Shown here: piece after piece, positions 12,006 to 25,980 of the stretch
Position numbering within the stretch: the stretch's first letter is position 1
How the letters are laid out: each line of letters begins with the position of its first letter
DNA from: Leucoraja ocellata
Taxonomy: Eukaryota
Assembly (NCBI GenBank): GCA_036785375.1
Contig: JAWMAR010000166.1
Span: 5,146,001-5,210,000 of the forward strand
Reading direction: 5' to 3'
Length of the DNA stretch: 64,000 nt
Made by a program: the position numbers and the translations under genes
Notes under the pieces: model-generated
What the model saw: only the letters and a program-made list of their open reading frames with translations
Database searches by the model: none
What the model was told of the DNA's origin: nothing

Positions 12006-13169
12006 TTTTTTTTTTAAATGATCGACCTCAGCGTCTCATTGCCATCCCTGCAGAGAGTCCACATTGCCTAACACCCCAGGAATCCAAGTGTAAAAGGCAC
12101 TTGCTTAAGGCAGTAAAAAGCTGCTGCAGTAGTAGAAACAGTGAGAACAGAGGTACATGCTCGTGCAGAGTGGAAGTTAAAGAGATTAGTAACGTTTTAG
12201 TGCAAGCTGTGATATCAGAACAGTGCTTCTTCTTTTTGCAGTCTGGAGTATCTTGCAAAGTGAGGGTTAGAAAGAAATGTAGCAGAGACCATCTTGTGTA
12301 GACTGTGTAGAGCCAGTTTATTCATATTAATCCAGTACAGAAGAAAAGCTGAAGTTACAGCTTGGCCAGTGGCAGTTTATCAGAACAGAACAGTACAGTT
12401 CAAGTACACTTCAGGTTACAAGAGTACAGCAGAAAATGCAGCAAGTTCGAACCAGTGTTAGCACAGCATTATCCCCAGTCACCGAGCTCTTTTACATTTA
12501 TTTGGCCAGAGGATTTATCAATGAAACCATGGTGTTTCCTCTCTCCCTCCCAACAACCTCCCCCCACCCCCCTCCTCTCTTGATGCAGTGGCACTCTTTG
12601 GTTTTAACTGACTTTCCTGGCATACTGAATTTTCTCAATGAGAACTCTGTTAAATGATTCGAATTGTATACATTTGACAGCTGTTTAAAAACAATCTGAC
12701 ACGACTTTAATGGGGTAAGTGGGTGGAATTGTGGAAAGATTGTAACAAAAAATATAAAAGTCGATGAAAATCAATGTAAAGAATTTTACTAATTGTGCTT
12801 CATGTCATTTTACATTGACAACTGGAATTTTGTCTCTTGCTGAATGCCAGATAAGAGGTTGCTCAAAGTATTAATACATTGAGAAGCCTTTTAGATTTGA
12901 CCCAGTTATATGGAATGATTGAAGAAGTACTTAAAGTGGTAGCCTTGGCACTTGCACAGCCTTGAGCTCAGCACATGCACCTGCTATGTTTTGCTGCAAG
13001 AATGGCGAGGCCCATTTCATCTAATGCCAATATCCAATTACAAACAGTTTAATTTCACTAAGTGAATGAGGAATGGCCAAATGGCAACGTTCCCCCTTCA
13101 TCATTTAGCCGGCTAAGACCCAACTATTTTTTACCAGATTAACTGATACAAACTTATTCTACTGCATTG

Positions 13170-13445
13170 TTGTAAGAGTGCAGCGCTGCTTAGTTCCCTA
13201 TTTTTGGATGAAGTATTAAACCAAGGTCTTGTCTGTCCACTCATGCAGACACCCCCAGTTCCCAAATGAATATATAACCTCAGTAGCACCATCAGAAATG
13301 ATCATTTGCTGCTTATAGGAGCTGACTGCACGCAAATTGCCCATCATGTTTCTCACAGTGACGACACTTCTAATCTACTTCATTAACTCTCAATGACTTT
13401 GGGATGTTCCTTGTGTCATAAAAGGCACTTTAGAGTTTCAAGTCT
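13170..13445 (+). mobile_element. Ancient DeuSINE-like fragment
   Basis: ggatgaagtattaaaccaaggtc...gcaaattgccc...cttcattaactc..tgactttgggatgttcc...aaaggcact, similar to the 11.6-12 kb copy. Confidence 0.5.
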
Positions 13446-16400
13446 TTTGCGTTTCCAGTTCAGCTTCGTCTAAATACCCGAAAGCCCACTTCTGTTGGAC
13501 AGATTAATAGCATCCGTTTTGATTGATTTTTAAAAATTTAAGATATAAAATTGGAATTTTGTAAAAATGCAAGCTAAACAAATAAAAAACAAGTAAAATA
13601 AAAGTGTGACAATAAAAGGTTGTAATAGCTAAGTGTGTATCTAATTAAACCAAATCTTTGAAATGTTCTGCAAACGTGAGAACCACAGCTTTAGCTCCAC
13701 CAACTCCATTTTGAACTTGTCCTATTCTGTATTAGTTCAATCTATTACCATCTTCTCTCCACACTTTTAGTCCTGCCTACTATAACTCCAACAGTAACAC
13801 CTGCACTGTCTGATACTATATTATCTACTAAAACTCCAATCCCGCAGCTGTGCCTTTAGATCCATGTGTTTTTCGCACCACCCTCTGCAGTGTTGGCTTC
13901 ATCTTTTGCAGCTTGTCCCATCCTTCAAGTCTTTAGCTCTACCCAAGTTAAACAATGCACATTATTGCTTTAACTCCCACCTCTACTGCCCAATGCAGAG
14001 GTAGTCCTGACTGCGACATACTTACCTCCATCTACTGCACTTGACCCATCATAGCTCTATGCTGCACAGAATAAGCACCAATAGTATCATTTGCCACACC
14101 ACTGTGTTGCTGGTTATTATCAAGACCAGGATGTTGTTCATAGTCAAGACCAAGATCTTCAGCAGGGGAGATGAAGGACAATGGTGGCTGTAAATGGAGC
14201 CTGTGCACTTACAACACCTGTTTTAAATTTGCAGAAATATGCAAAATCCTGTCAAATAAATGTAGTCAAAACTAGTTTAAGCCAAAAGCCACAAAATAAC
14301 AATGCATCAATCCTAAGAAGAAGAGTTGCATTTCTAGAATGCAGTTCACAATCTCAGGCCATCCCATAGTGCTTTACTGTCGCAGCCATACTTTTGAAGT
14401 GTGATCATTATTACAATGGAGGAAATGGGGGTCGACATTTATTCACACCCCAATGTGCCCGTGATTGCATTAATCTTAAATTCTGTGGACGATCAGAAGA
14501 TTTGATGCATTTTCACCATTGTGGGGGGCATGAAACTTGATACATCTTGGCTCTATAAACTTTTCCACAAATTTTAAGGCAGGTCCCCAAAGGATTTTGT
14601 TTTCAACTGTGGTGCTCATTTAGTGAAAGCAATAATGGCATTACGCTTCATTATGGGCACAACTGTGTGGAGCATTATTAGAGATGGCTCTTGCATTTAA
14701 GGCCACTGTAACAATCATATTTAAAATGAAACCTTATTCTCCTACCCCACCATATCAATAGCTCAAATATACTAGTGCTAACTCTACACTTGACGAATTG
14801 CAGGCAGTAATTATTTTTGATTACATTAGAGGTGCCCTAGTTTTTAATGACAACGTTGAACCTGACATTGAATAACACCTTCAGGCCAATGTCATTTTAT
14901 CACCATGGTATTCTATTGTTAGACTAATGTGCAAAAGTATCAAAGCCACTTGAACCCATTGTCATTGGTGAATAAGTTTTTGTATTTCTTGGTATAGGTT
15001 TGCATCTGTAAACAAAGGGAATTACAGGAATAAATGTTTACAGTGGTAAAAATGTTCATGGTGGTTATGAAATATTCCCAATTGCAGTTTGAATGTAGGG
15101 CAACTCTACTGCCTTTTGAAATCTAATATTCTGCAAACATTGGTCTCAAGGAGCGAGGTCAGTGTTGATCCCATTGAACCAGAGTAATCGGAAAGCAAAT
15201 ACTGTGAGGGAACTAGTGCAGGCATCTTTAAGGGACTCTAGGATCTTCACTGAGGAGATCCCCGAGCACTTGATCAAATTCTGCCTGCAACAGCTACCAA
15301 CTATGAATGGCACCATAATAAGATAAGGAGTTGGTCATTTTGAACAAATATGTAGATTGATTCCCTTAAACTGAAAATACATACATCTTTGAAGTTTGCA
15401 GCCCCAAAGAGCTCCAGATGTTCAGTCATTGAGTATATTCAAAGGATTTGAAGTGATTGAGCAGGAGAACGCATTTGAGGTAGAGGAACAGGTGTAATCT
15501 TATTGATTGACAGAACAGGTGAAGGGGGGCACGTTGCCTATTCCCACTTCTATTCCTCATGTGCTCTTGCCATATGAGAGTTTGTTTTTCAGATTATTGA
15601 AGCAAGTTCTTTTCAACACTATAAAAATATATCATAGCATTAGTAACAAAGAGACCTCATTATGAAAGGTTTAGCAATTGATTAGCCCTCAAGCTCTGCA
15701 AAACACCTTACAGCACCCCTCACCCAAGCTATTCCCCCCAAGGTCACCACAATGATATTGAGGGACACATGGACTGTAAATTCCATGCAGGATCAGTAGT
15801 CTTTGAAATAAGACTATGGGATATTTAAAGAATGTCCCTGCCTCCATTTCCTGGGCTTCTGAGTCTCCTTGGGGGCATAAGGAAGAAAGCATCCAGCTTG
15901 ACGAGTTTGACAAAGGAATTTTTGCCTCAGCAGCTGAATTAATGGCAAGACTCAACATCCTCCATAGTTTGGTCTAAGGATTGAACAGATGATCTAAATA
16001 AAAATAAATCACATGATAATCCCTCTGTACGCACATGAATTTTAGGATGGGTTACGTACAGTGTATTTTTCCTCTGTGTATACTTTGACCACTCTCTTTT
16101 CCCTGAGTTGTACAATAATGTGCCTCCCACCCAAAAGTGGCAATTGAAAATGATTTTTACTTTTAAACAAAATATTCACTTCTTAAGATTGCAAGTATTC
16201 AGTCGTCAGTAATTTTATCTTTTTGCCACATTCAGGGCAGCCTACTGATTCCTTAGTTCAAAGGGAATTTCACTAAACAGGATGAACATGCCTTTGGCAG
16301 AGAGGTCAACCCCTTTAAGATATAAATCTAAGGTGACATGTAGAAGGATTGGAGATGAGTTGAGGAATTTATTCACGTACAGTGGTGACCTGGAATGCAA

Positions 16401-16767
16401 TGCTTGAATGTACAATGGAAGAAGAAACTCTCATCGCAATTAAAAGGTGCCTGGATGGGCCGTAATCTACAGGTTTGTAACCAAGCAGGAATTTGGAGGT
16501 ACGAATTGTTTAAATAACTCCTCTCGGCCGACATGGCCCCCCTTTGTTCTGCATGATCCAATTGCGAAAAGATGTATTATAGCCTGTAGAAAAACTGAAC
16601 GCATCAATTGTTGTTTTAAATTTTAGTATTACCTCCTCTGGTAGTGAGGTCAAAATTTAATGCTCATCTCTCATTCCTCTTTTGGAAATGGTGGCATGCT
16701 TGGGTCAACACCAGTTCCCAGAGAGCAGACCCATTTCCTCTCCATTGCAACTTATTCTCTCTCACTT

Positions 16768-17078
16768 ATGGCGACAAAGTGGTGCAGCTGGTAGAGCTGC
16801 TACATCACAGCGCTAGAGACCTGGGTTCGATCCTGACCTTGGATGCTGCCTGTGTGGAATTTGTACGTTCTCCCTGTGACCTGTGACGAGTGCTCCAGTT
16901 GACCCCAGCATCCCAAAGATGTGCTGGCTTGTAAGTTAATTTGCCTCTGTAAATTGCCCCCAGAGTGTAGGAAGTGGGTGTGAAAGCAGGATATCATATA
17001 TCTAATGTGAGCAGGTGATTGATGGTTGCTGTGGCCATAGTAGGCTGAAGGGCTCATTTCCATGCTGTATCTTTCAAT
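16768..17078 (+). mobile_element. HE1-like V-SINE
   Basis: gtggtgcagctggtagagctgct...gacctgggttcgatcctgacc (A/B boxes), V-domain and CR1-like tail. Confidence 0.85.
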
Positions 17079-17857
17079 TCATATGCGCATCAGCGCTCTT
17101 TTTGATCTTTAAAAAACTTACACTAAAAGACCATGTAGAATAACCAACCAATCAGCACTGGGGCCACTTTCCCCAAAGTCATGGAGTAAATGTGTGAACC
17201 GCATGTTGATATCACCCAAGGCCAGGATCAAACTTGGTCCCCTAGAACAATGCGGCAGCAGCTTTAACTGTCCCACCATCATGCCAACCACCATGAAGCA
17301 CTGGAGGCCATGTGGTGAGAATGGGGATTTGGTCCAACCCAAGCCATTTGGAGGGATCTTTCTAGTCAACATGTTGTTGCATGGACCTGGAGTTACATAG
17401 AGGCTTGACCAGACAAAGCGGGATGATTTGCTTCCTTCGACAATCCCAACACCAGATGCAACAATCACAAGCAACCATGTCTCTAACCAATCAGGCCACC
17501 ATTGAATAGTTGTTTTTGGGAGCCTCCTCTGCACAAATCAATGGTTTTACTCCTCATGATAAAATTGTGACTAAAGTAAAAAAAGGCAGTAAAGCACTAT
17601 GAAATATCCTGGAGTTATGAAAGCTGCAACATAATGCGTCTTTTTATTTTTAATGTCCCACAGGCAGATAACACAGGCTTACCATGGCAATAATTGAGCC
17701 GCTTTTTAAATTCACCAATGTCCCATTTGAATTGCTTCCCATCTAAATATACTACCAGCATCCCAGTGGAATCTATTAAAAGAGTGCAGGCATGCCTGTG
17801 TGCATGCTACATGAACAAAGGCATGTTTCCGAGTGATGTGGCATCCATTAGCAAGAT

Positions 17858-18182
17858 GTGTGTGCGTGTATGGGCATGTCCGTGTATGTGCGAGGTATAT
17901 GTATGGGCATGTCCGTGTATGTGCGAGGTGTATGTATGGGCATGTCCCCGTGTACGAGATGTATGTGGGCATGTCCACGTATGCAACTTGATGTATGCAG
18001 ATATGTCTATGTGTATGAGACATGTGTGCGGATATGTCAGTATATATGTGATGTGTATGCAGAGATCCCTGTGTACGTGCGACACATGCGCGGGCATGCC
18101 TGTGTACGTGAGACGTATGCGCGGGCATGTCTATGTATGTGTGACGTATGCGGGAATGCCAGCGTTTGTGTGATGTGTGTGA
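17858..18182. repeat. Degenerate purine-pyrimidine-alternating minisatellite (about 28-33 bp units)
   Basis: GTATGGGCATGTCCGTGTATGTGCGAGGT[A/G]TAT twice, then diverged units. This explains the overlapping C/V/M/H/T-rich ORFs. Confidence 0.9.
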
Positions 18183-18599
18183 GCAGGCATATCATTGTGA
18201 ACAATCTGATAGAGATGCAGTATCCAGAGTTCTCTTCACTCCCTATTTGAAGCATTCATTCATCGTGAGTGTTCCCGTAAGCTGCCAAAATCTCCAGAAA
18301 TCTCTCCTTGACAATCTCCATACTCCTTCCCCTTCTTTAATTCATTAAGGAAAATCCTTAAAACTAAACATTAGTCCACCAGACACTTACCTACCCCAAT
18401 ATCTTCTCATGTGGCTCAATGACAGAACAGTGCTGTTGGAGGGCACTTTGAGACTTATTTTTTATGTTCAACGTGCTCCGCAAAAACACGTTATTTCTAG
18501 GGTCCCGAACCGAAAGGTCGTCTGTCCGTACCCTCCACAGATGCTCTCTGACCCACTGAGTTTCTCCAGCACTTTGTTTTTTGCTCAAGGTTTCAGCAA

Positions 18600-21500
18600 C
18601 TGCAGTCCCTTGTGTCACATTATTTATTTATTTAAAAACAATTTAATTCAGTATAACATACTGCATCAAAAGCCAGGTCTTGTGCACATGATGGCAACAA
18701 GGGTAATCAATTACTTACGGGGAATTATGACTTCAAGTTGTTGATTTAAGTCCCCATTGCATGGGTGTTTGTGTGTGGATGAGGGGCTTGAAGAAGGAAT
18801 GTAAAAGAGCTCGTTGGAACCGGCACCAAAGGAAAAGAGAACAATAATCGTACATAGCATTGAATGTTTAGAAACAGCAATAGTTACTACGTTTTCTCTG
18901 GAGTATAATGATTTAAAAAAAGGAAAGATAAAGTAGAAATCTCATACAAACTGTAATAGAACAAGGTACAACATGGTCAATTCAAAAGACACCCCTCTGA
19001 TAGAACAACCATGTTCGTCACCTGCTAGATATGTCTCAGAAAAAAAGTAATAATTGAGTGGAAAATTTGCTTTAAAAGTAGGAAATTCACAACTCTTAGC
19101 GATTGAAATGACAGGGTTGAGAAATTGCCCATCAGTTCAACAAGATATTAATTATAGACTATATCAATGAACATTCATATACAGTACTATCCTTAATCAA
19201 ATTGAAACTAGGCTAAAAAACATTAGTGGATGGGATTTGGCAATAGAAAGAGAGAAAAAAAAAATCAGGCACAGTTACCAAAAGGCATTGCAGAAAATCA
19301 ACAACTGCTTCTTACTGTTAGTTCTCTCTGTTGTGCTCATGAGTTGGTTGGGTAATAGAAGCACTGTGAACCAGGAGGGATTGGAGCTGAGGTTGAACCA
19401 GCTAGGTTGTACAGGATGCCAATTATGAACAGGCTTCAAATCACAGAAGCAAGCTGGTAGCCGAGCCAAACCCAGTCAAGTTATCCTTGTTGTCAACGGT
19501 CACTGATCCAGAGCCCCTGGAATCACTGCAAAGTATTTCACCTCTCGGTGCAATCACAGCTATTGGAGAAAGGCACCAATATTCCAAATATAGGACTTTG
19601 TCGCCCGATCGCCCACCCACACAATTTCCTACCAATACAAAAATACAGGTGTCAGACATCATGGGGAGAAGGCAGAAGAATGGGGTTAGGAGGGAGAGAT
19701 AGATCAGGCATGAATGAATGAAGGAGTAGCTTTGATGGGCTGATTGGCCTAATTCTACTTCTATCACTTATGACCTTATGAAAAATCCACATCAATATAA
19801 AATAAATACTCAGCCGATTCAGAAATTGCTAAATGTAATTCAAAAAATAGGTTCAGAGAGATCTTTATGAAAACACACATACTTCAATGGAAATAGAGTG
19901 TAGCTCGCTTGCTGTTGTCCACTTTGTACCTGTATGCAACATCAGGAACTACCTGCAGGGACCCAAACTTCGCCACAGTTTATTAACTGGGTAGGTCCTT
20001 GCATTGCGTTGTTGTATATCGGGACTCCACGGTTAAGCACTCGCGTTTATTCATGATATTCTGCAAGTTTATGCTCTCTGTTCTTTGACGAATCTTTCAA
20101 GTTTTTGTTTCTGTCTCGAGCCCCTTTCCTCGTCAAAGCTCTGTCATCGATTTCAAACAACAATGATCAAAGGCAAGATGCTTCTGAACATCGAAGGAGA
20201 TTTGATTATTTGCTATCAATTCCTGCCTCAATTCCCCACCCCCCTATCTTATATTTCTACTCTTTTTCCAATTATTAGTGACACGTAAACAAAGCCCGTT
20301 GAGTATAGAGTTAAACTTTTTAGCAGTTGCCTTTTTTCCGAATCCATCTATTGGCTGCTTTGGAGTGAACCTCAGTTAAAGTAAGGGCAGCTGTAGGGGT
20401 AATTCTTATAAGTTGCTGTTGAATAGAATAATTGTATAATAATTACCCAAGAGGACGTCATAACAAGATATCCATCTTTAGGGATTTACCTACGGGCTTT
20501 CTGTGAAAATGGATACAGATTTGCACAATATGTCAATTATCCGTCTGCAGCAAAAAGGGATTTGGAAATCTCACGCTGACATTCAATGTATTGCTGTGAT
20601 TATTGTCTGGTGAAACTGCACTATTTGCAACACTTTTTGAACATTAACAAAACGTTGATTGTTTTAAAAGGTACGTTAATGACCAAAAAAAGAAAATATG
20701 TCTACTATTGCTTAATGGATAATGGTTTTAGGAAATAAATAGTTGACAATATAGTGGCACTCCTGGGCAACAGCTTATACACCATACATTCAGCTAACAC
20801 TCACAATCCATGGGTAGACCCTGTATTTGCTTATCAGTGCAAGGCGTTCCATATGGAGCCAGCAATTCTCCTCACTTTCACTTTTATTGGTTTCCCATGG
20901 TAATTTTACACAGGGCTTCTCCTGAACATATATGGATCCTTCATTGGCTTTATGTCCATGCATCAGTACACTTTAGCAGGGTTTCCGGTCAGCAATCAGG
21001 ACTGGTAAATCAAAGTTAGTTGAGCAACTATTTTTTGCCAACTGCTGCAGCTCCAGCAAGGGTGGTATTTCAGGTGAGAAAAATCCAACACTGACCGGAA
21101 ATTGAATTTACAACTCTCAGCTTCAAAGCTCCATTACCCCAGATAGCATACATCTACTAAGCAAGAGCAGAAAGTCAAACCAGGGGAAGGAAGATATCCC
21201 TCTATCCCATTCCCTTGCTGGCACTTCTCATTCCACCTCCACCCAGAACACTCTGCATCTTTACGCTGGGATTGCTTTTGTTCATTTGAAACTAGCCTGC
21301 ATTGGCCTTATGTGCAAGGTCATTTCAGCAACTTCTAAGTAGAAGCAAGGACTGAAGAGTACAGATTGCTTCACTGGATGCAAATAATAGTGAAGATATT
21401 GATGTTACGATAAAAGAAATCTGACCCCATCTCCTGGAGTACACACGCACACTGCGTAAAGCACAGACATCTAGAAGTTGCTTTCAGTAATATCCGCAGT

Positions 21501-22802
21501 AAACATCATTGCTGCTTTCACCAGAAATCAATGAATTGACAAGTTCTTCAGATAGTTGCCAATACTTTAGATTGAGAATTAACTGAGTGTTTAACAGCAT
21601 AATAAATCAATGATGGTAAAAGAAGCCTTTCTGAGCCTAAAAACCAATGTTAAATGTGTGGATTGTCATTCTCTTTGCTAGTTATTTCAAAATGCCCATC
21701 TTTTTAAAATGACACAAAATTATATATATATTTAAAAAATCGTTTATGATGTTTCAGCTTTTTCCTTATTCTATGTATACGGTCTAACTTTAAGTGACCC
21801 TCTGCAAATTGTTAAATGTTTATTGATAATTAGCGATTTTTATTTCCTGATTTGCTGTTTATCTCCAGTTTGATTGAGCTCTTGTTGATATCAGAGTTAC
21901 TGGGCATGAGGCATTACCGGGGACAGAAGCCCGATGTGGCAAGTCCATACTCTAAAGATCACAGTTTAGGTGAGCAGTTAACCTTGTAGTCACCTAGAAT
22001 CCACTATATAATTGACTGCCAAACCAGGGGCAAAAACTTCTCAGTAAATATGAAGGAAACCAGCAAGCCTTTTGAACTGGAATGAAGGATGATATATACA
22101 AATGCCTGCTTGCATTGTAGGTTAAAATGTTAATGGGTATGAATTGACACTTAAAAAGAATAAAGACTTCAGGAAAGAAAGTTGTTCAGGAAACAAATGG
22201 CAAAAATTGAAATGTTTGTGATTAGATTTCGGCACAGAAAAAACAGAATGAAAAGCTTATTGCAAAATTATGTTTTATCCATGAATTTTGTTGTAACATT
22301 AACTGGCTATTGTTATTCTATCCTTTTCTTTAAAATTTTACTCTTCGTGTTATTGACGTTTGTGATCATTTATCTAAGAAACCACAAACATCACTGTAAG
22401 AAAGGCGTTAATAAACCCAATAATGAATTCAGGGGAAACTTCTTCACCTTGTTAGTGATTAAAATTAGGTCATTCTAACAACGAGAAAACGTAGTTCCAA
22501 GATGTGGGAGGAGGGAATAAATGTACGGAGAGGGTGAGAGTTGGAAGGGGGCAGGTCCTAAATGGGGCATAAACACTGATATGGACTGTGGTGTTGAATG
22601 ACTTGTTTTTGTGGTGTATGTTCCATGTCAAACTCAAAGGACAAGGTCCTAGTGTGGCTCAGACCATAGTTGGTTGAGCATTCATGAGGAGGTTTCGTGG
22701 ATTAAGGAAGGTCCCTCCCAGTTCACAGTACAGGCAGTGTGATTAGTAAAATGAGGTTAAAGTCAGTGAGAGACAGTGTGACCACAAAGCCTTGAGATGC
22801 GG
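18600..22802 (-). other. PALM2: Probable long 3' UTR of PALM2
   Basis: AT-rich, repeat-poor sequence after the stop codon, with overlapping minus-strand AATAAA signals at 18623-18632. The 3' end is inferred and other AATAAA hexamers exist. Confidence 0.5.
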
Positions 22803-23548
22803 TCACATGACAGTACAGCACTTACAGCGCTTTTTCTTGTCTGTACCTGCGACTGGTTCCATCGCAGTGTCTGTCCCTTCATTCTCCTCCGCTGAGAGGG
22901 TCTCGGAGGCCTCGGTCATGGACTTGCCGGCCACCAGTTCTGCAGCATTGCCGTCCGTTGTCGAGACGTCTGTCACAGTCTTCTCACGCAACGACTTCTC
23001 GTCATCTTCGTCAATCAGCACTAGCTCAGCCTGCATGCTGCCCTCGTAGCCCAGCAGCCTGTTGGTTTCCTCCTGGTCCTCCACATTCTGGTAGCCCATG
23101 AAGATCATTGTCACTGGATGGTCTTCGCTGGCCTTGGGAGCTTCCCCTGGAGGGATCGGCTGAACCACCTTCCCCGCTTGACCAGCCTTGTGCCGGACTT
23201 CCTTCACAACCATGTCCTTCCTCAGTCCGCTATCTCCGCCACTCCGCGAATCATCTGGCGACGCACTGCTCTCCGACACAGTCAGTGCTTCCGACACACA
23301 TTTACTGACCACATTCGTTCTCCCTGTTCTGTGTATCAGCTGGTCCACCTCTGACGTAGTTAAGTGATGAACCCCATTCTCCACCACCGCACCTCCAGAA
23401 CATACCTCGTACATAACCTTGTTGCCATCGTCGTAAACCTTTACCCCTCTCTGGTGGACTCCCTCAGTGCCCACGGGAGTTGTAGAGAGGACCTTGGATT
23501 CCCCTGTTAGCTTGTCCTTTTCTACGCTGATCTCCATGGCATACATTG
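22803..23548 (-). CDS. PALM2: Paralemmin-2 terminal coding exon with C-terminal palmitoylation/CaaX motif
   Basis: Acceptor ttgatattgcag|CAATGTATGCC (phase 1), stop TGA at 22805-22803. Contains AMYAMEISVEKDKLTGE, GVKVYDDGNKV, PVTMIFMGYQNVED and AELVLIDEDDEKSLREKTVTDVST, and ends KKKRCKCCTVM. These blocks fit PALM2 better than PALM1. The first ~53 aa of ORF 22803..23708 are intronic read-through. Confidence 0.97.
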
Positions 23549-24789
23549 CTGCAATATCAAGAACATAAACATTATAGGAGTAGTCGGCCTGGCTCTGACC
23601 AACTGAACAAGATATGCGGATTGGTAGGTTAATCAACCACTGTAAACTGCCACGATAGGAGAGAGGTTTCCCTCTGGGGATGAATAAAGTTTCATCGTAT
23701 TGTATCATAGGTAAAATCTAAGGGATCGTTGATGGGAATGTGAGAGAATAAACTGGGTTAGCAATGGTGTAAAAATGGGTGCTTGAGTTGGCAAGGACTT
23801 GGTGAGCCAAAGATCTGTTTCCTTGCTGTATCTCTCTATGACTCTAACTTGGACATAGTTTTTGCAGGCAGAAATATTTACTGCTAATTGCAGCTGAGGA
23901 AATACAGTCTTGGAAAGCAATTTTTTTAAAGACACAGTACGTCCAAATCCATCTGCACCTCATCAATCACAAAACCAGCCACAGATCAACACGTTCAGCT
24001 TACTTTAAATTATCCCACAAATTGATCTAGGAAATGGAAGCAAGGCATTGGCCATTCAGCCACTCAAACCTCTGCTAGCAACCACTACTTGACGTGCACT
24101 TCCCTGTCCAATCGCGCATCCTCCAAACGCCTTTGTGCACAAAAATATTAAATTCAGCCTTGAATTAATTGAATATTAGAGGCACTGGAGCAGAGAATTC
24201 CCAAAAAGATTTATCTTTACGTTAGTCTGCAATGTTTGAACTTTATGCTCAGACTATAGCTTCTAGTTTCAGGCTCTGGGACCCTTGGCCTTGACATTAC
24301 TGGTCACTGCTAAATTCTAGTGGAAGAAAAGGCCTATCTCCGTCCTCACCTGACAATAATGATATATATTGAAGAGTAATAACAGTGGAATTTGCTTAAC
24401 CTAATTTTCATCTGTGTTATCAAATGATCCAGCCATCATCTAGAAATCTTAAGTAATGAGTTTTTAAAAATCCACACACAACTGTTTGCTAATTACTTCG
24501 GGAGCAGTTTCTCCCGAACTAAAAATATACATTGGAAAGCCTTTTGAAAATGCAACTATTAGTGATCTTGCACAGGCAGAATATCTCACTTTCTAAATCA
24601 CGGAGTACGACTGGTGGAAAGAATTGGTGCATGTTTGCTATGCAAAAATTGACTGCAATGTTTCCTGTTTCATAACATGGACTATACTTCAAACTATATT
24701 TCCCTTTCACAACAAAGTGTTTTGGATCTTCCCAAGTTTGTGAAAGATGCTCTCTAGAAAATAAATGTTGTTAATATTTGGTATCTGTA

Positions 24790-25475
24790 TTGGTTTATTA
24801 TTGTCATGCATACTGAAATACAGCAAAAAGATTTTGGTTGCATGCTATCCTATTAAATCAGATAATACGAGTGCAATCAAGGCATATATAAATACAACAG
24901 GTAGTGCAAAGAGAAAAATAGCAGAGTGCCAAATATAGTTTTGCAGCATTATAGCTTTACAGTTACAGAGAAAAGTCCAATGTCCACAATGAGGTAGGTT
25001 GGAAGATTGGATTAAGTGTGGACCCTAGGTTAAGTGTGGACCGTTCAGTAGTCAGATAACAGAGGGGAAGAAGCTGTTTCTGAGTACCGTAGCATGTGCT
25101 ATCAAACTTTTAGATATTCTGCCTCTCGTAAAAGGGCAGAAGAGGAAATGACTGGAGTGAAAAAGTGTGAAATATAAGTGGGCAGATGAGTTACAACTAG
25201 AGAACTTGAAGGGCCGAGATGGCCTGTTTCCGTGCTGTAATTGTTATATGATTATATATATGGTCCTGAGCTACTGTCTACCTCCTTAGAGATCCTTGGA
25301 CTAACTTTGATCGGACTTTACCTTCCACTAAAGGTTATTCACGTTATTCCCTTTATCATCTATCTGTACACTGGCTTGATTGTAATCATGTATTGTCTTT
25401 CTGCTGACTGGTTAGGACACAACAAAAGCTTTTCACTGTACCTCGATACACGTGACAATACACTAGAGTAAACTC
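24790..25475. mobile_element. Rex-Babar-like LINE 3' fragments (24790-25160 minus; 25262-25470 plus)
   Basis: tttattattgtcatg...gaggggaagaagctgtttctgag and ...aacaaaagcttttcactgtacctcgatacacgtgacaata tails, shared with 34800-35025 and 10880-10980. Confidence 0.6.
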
Positions 25476-25980
25476 TATAATATAACAAAGTGCAGAGAAA
25501 AGTTCCCAAAATGATTCCTGGATTTCAATGGCATATAATGTCAGGGTAAAAATGACCTCCACAGCCTGGGAGATGGACAGACTTGCATCTCAATAGTAGT
25601 CTTAACTTTTTTCACAGCGAATGAAGATCTTTTACAACGTTGTCACTTCAATTTAGGAAACATGGCAGCCAATTTACTCACAGCAAACTCCCACACACTA
25701 CAGTATGTTAATTCTTAAATAATCCTTTTGTTATGCTGATGATCTAATAAACATTGGCCAGTACCCCAAAACAACTTCCTTGCTCATCTCCAAGGGAGTG
25801 CATTGGAATCTTTTTCCACCCAAGGGACAGATGGCGACTTGCTTTGGCATTGCAGCTTACTGGCAAGCAGCTCCAACATGGCAGTAGTTCCCCACCATTG
25901 AACCCGAGAATCAAACTGAAATTTTGCATTTAAATCTTTGGCCTTGCATTTTGTTAGACTAAGGGACAATATAAAATACA

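Noticed and set aside
12030-12620. Unique block as a possible AKAP2 alternative first exon
   Set aside because: No convincing minus-strand donor or ORF. It could still be a conserved non-coding element, but the sequence alone does not support that.
14020-14065. Possible 36-nt minus-strand exon with a strong gtaagt donor (candidate PALM2-AKAP2 linker exon)
   Set aside because: In-frame TAG in the required phase 1 and no similarity to the recalled linker peptide.
15689-15990. Minus-strand ORF as a candidate AKAP2-related exon
   Set aside because: Nearby acceptors give stops in phase 1, there is no good donor and no recognisable similarity.
16768-16850. tRNA genes at SINE heads
   Set aside because: They are degenerate tRNA-derived heads continuous with V-SINE bodies and do not form complete cloverleafs.
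17694-18255. Cluster of overlapping Cys/His-rich ORFs on both strands
   Set aside because: Artefact of the alternating minisatellite, which lacks stop codons.
18385-18435. Possible 42-nt minus-strand exon (cag|...|gtaagt)
   Set aside because: Stop codons in phases 0 and 1, so it is incompatible with the upstream phase-1 donors. No homology.
23549-23708. N-terminal ~53 aa of the 301-aa ORF as real PALM2 sequence
   Set aside because: It lies upstream of the phase-1 acceptor at 23549/23548, overlaps a SINE relic and has no paralemmin similarity.
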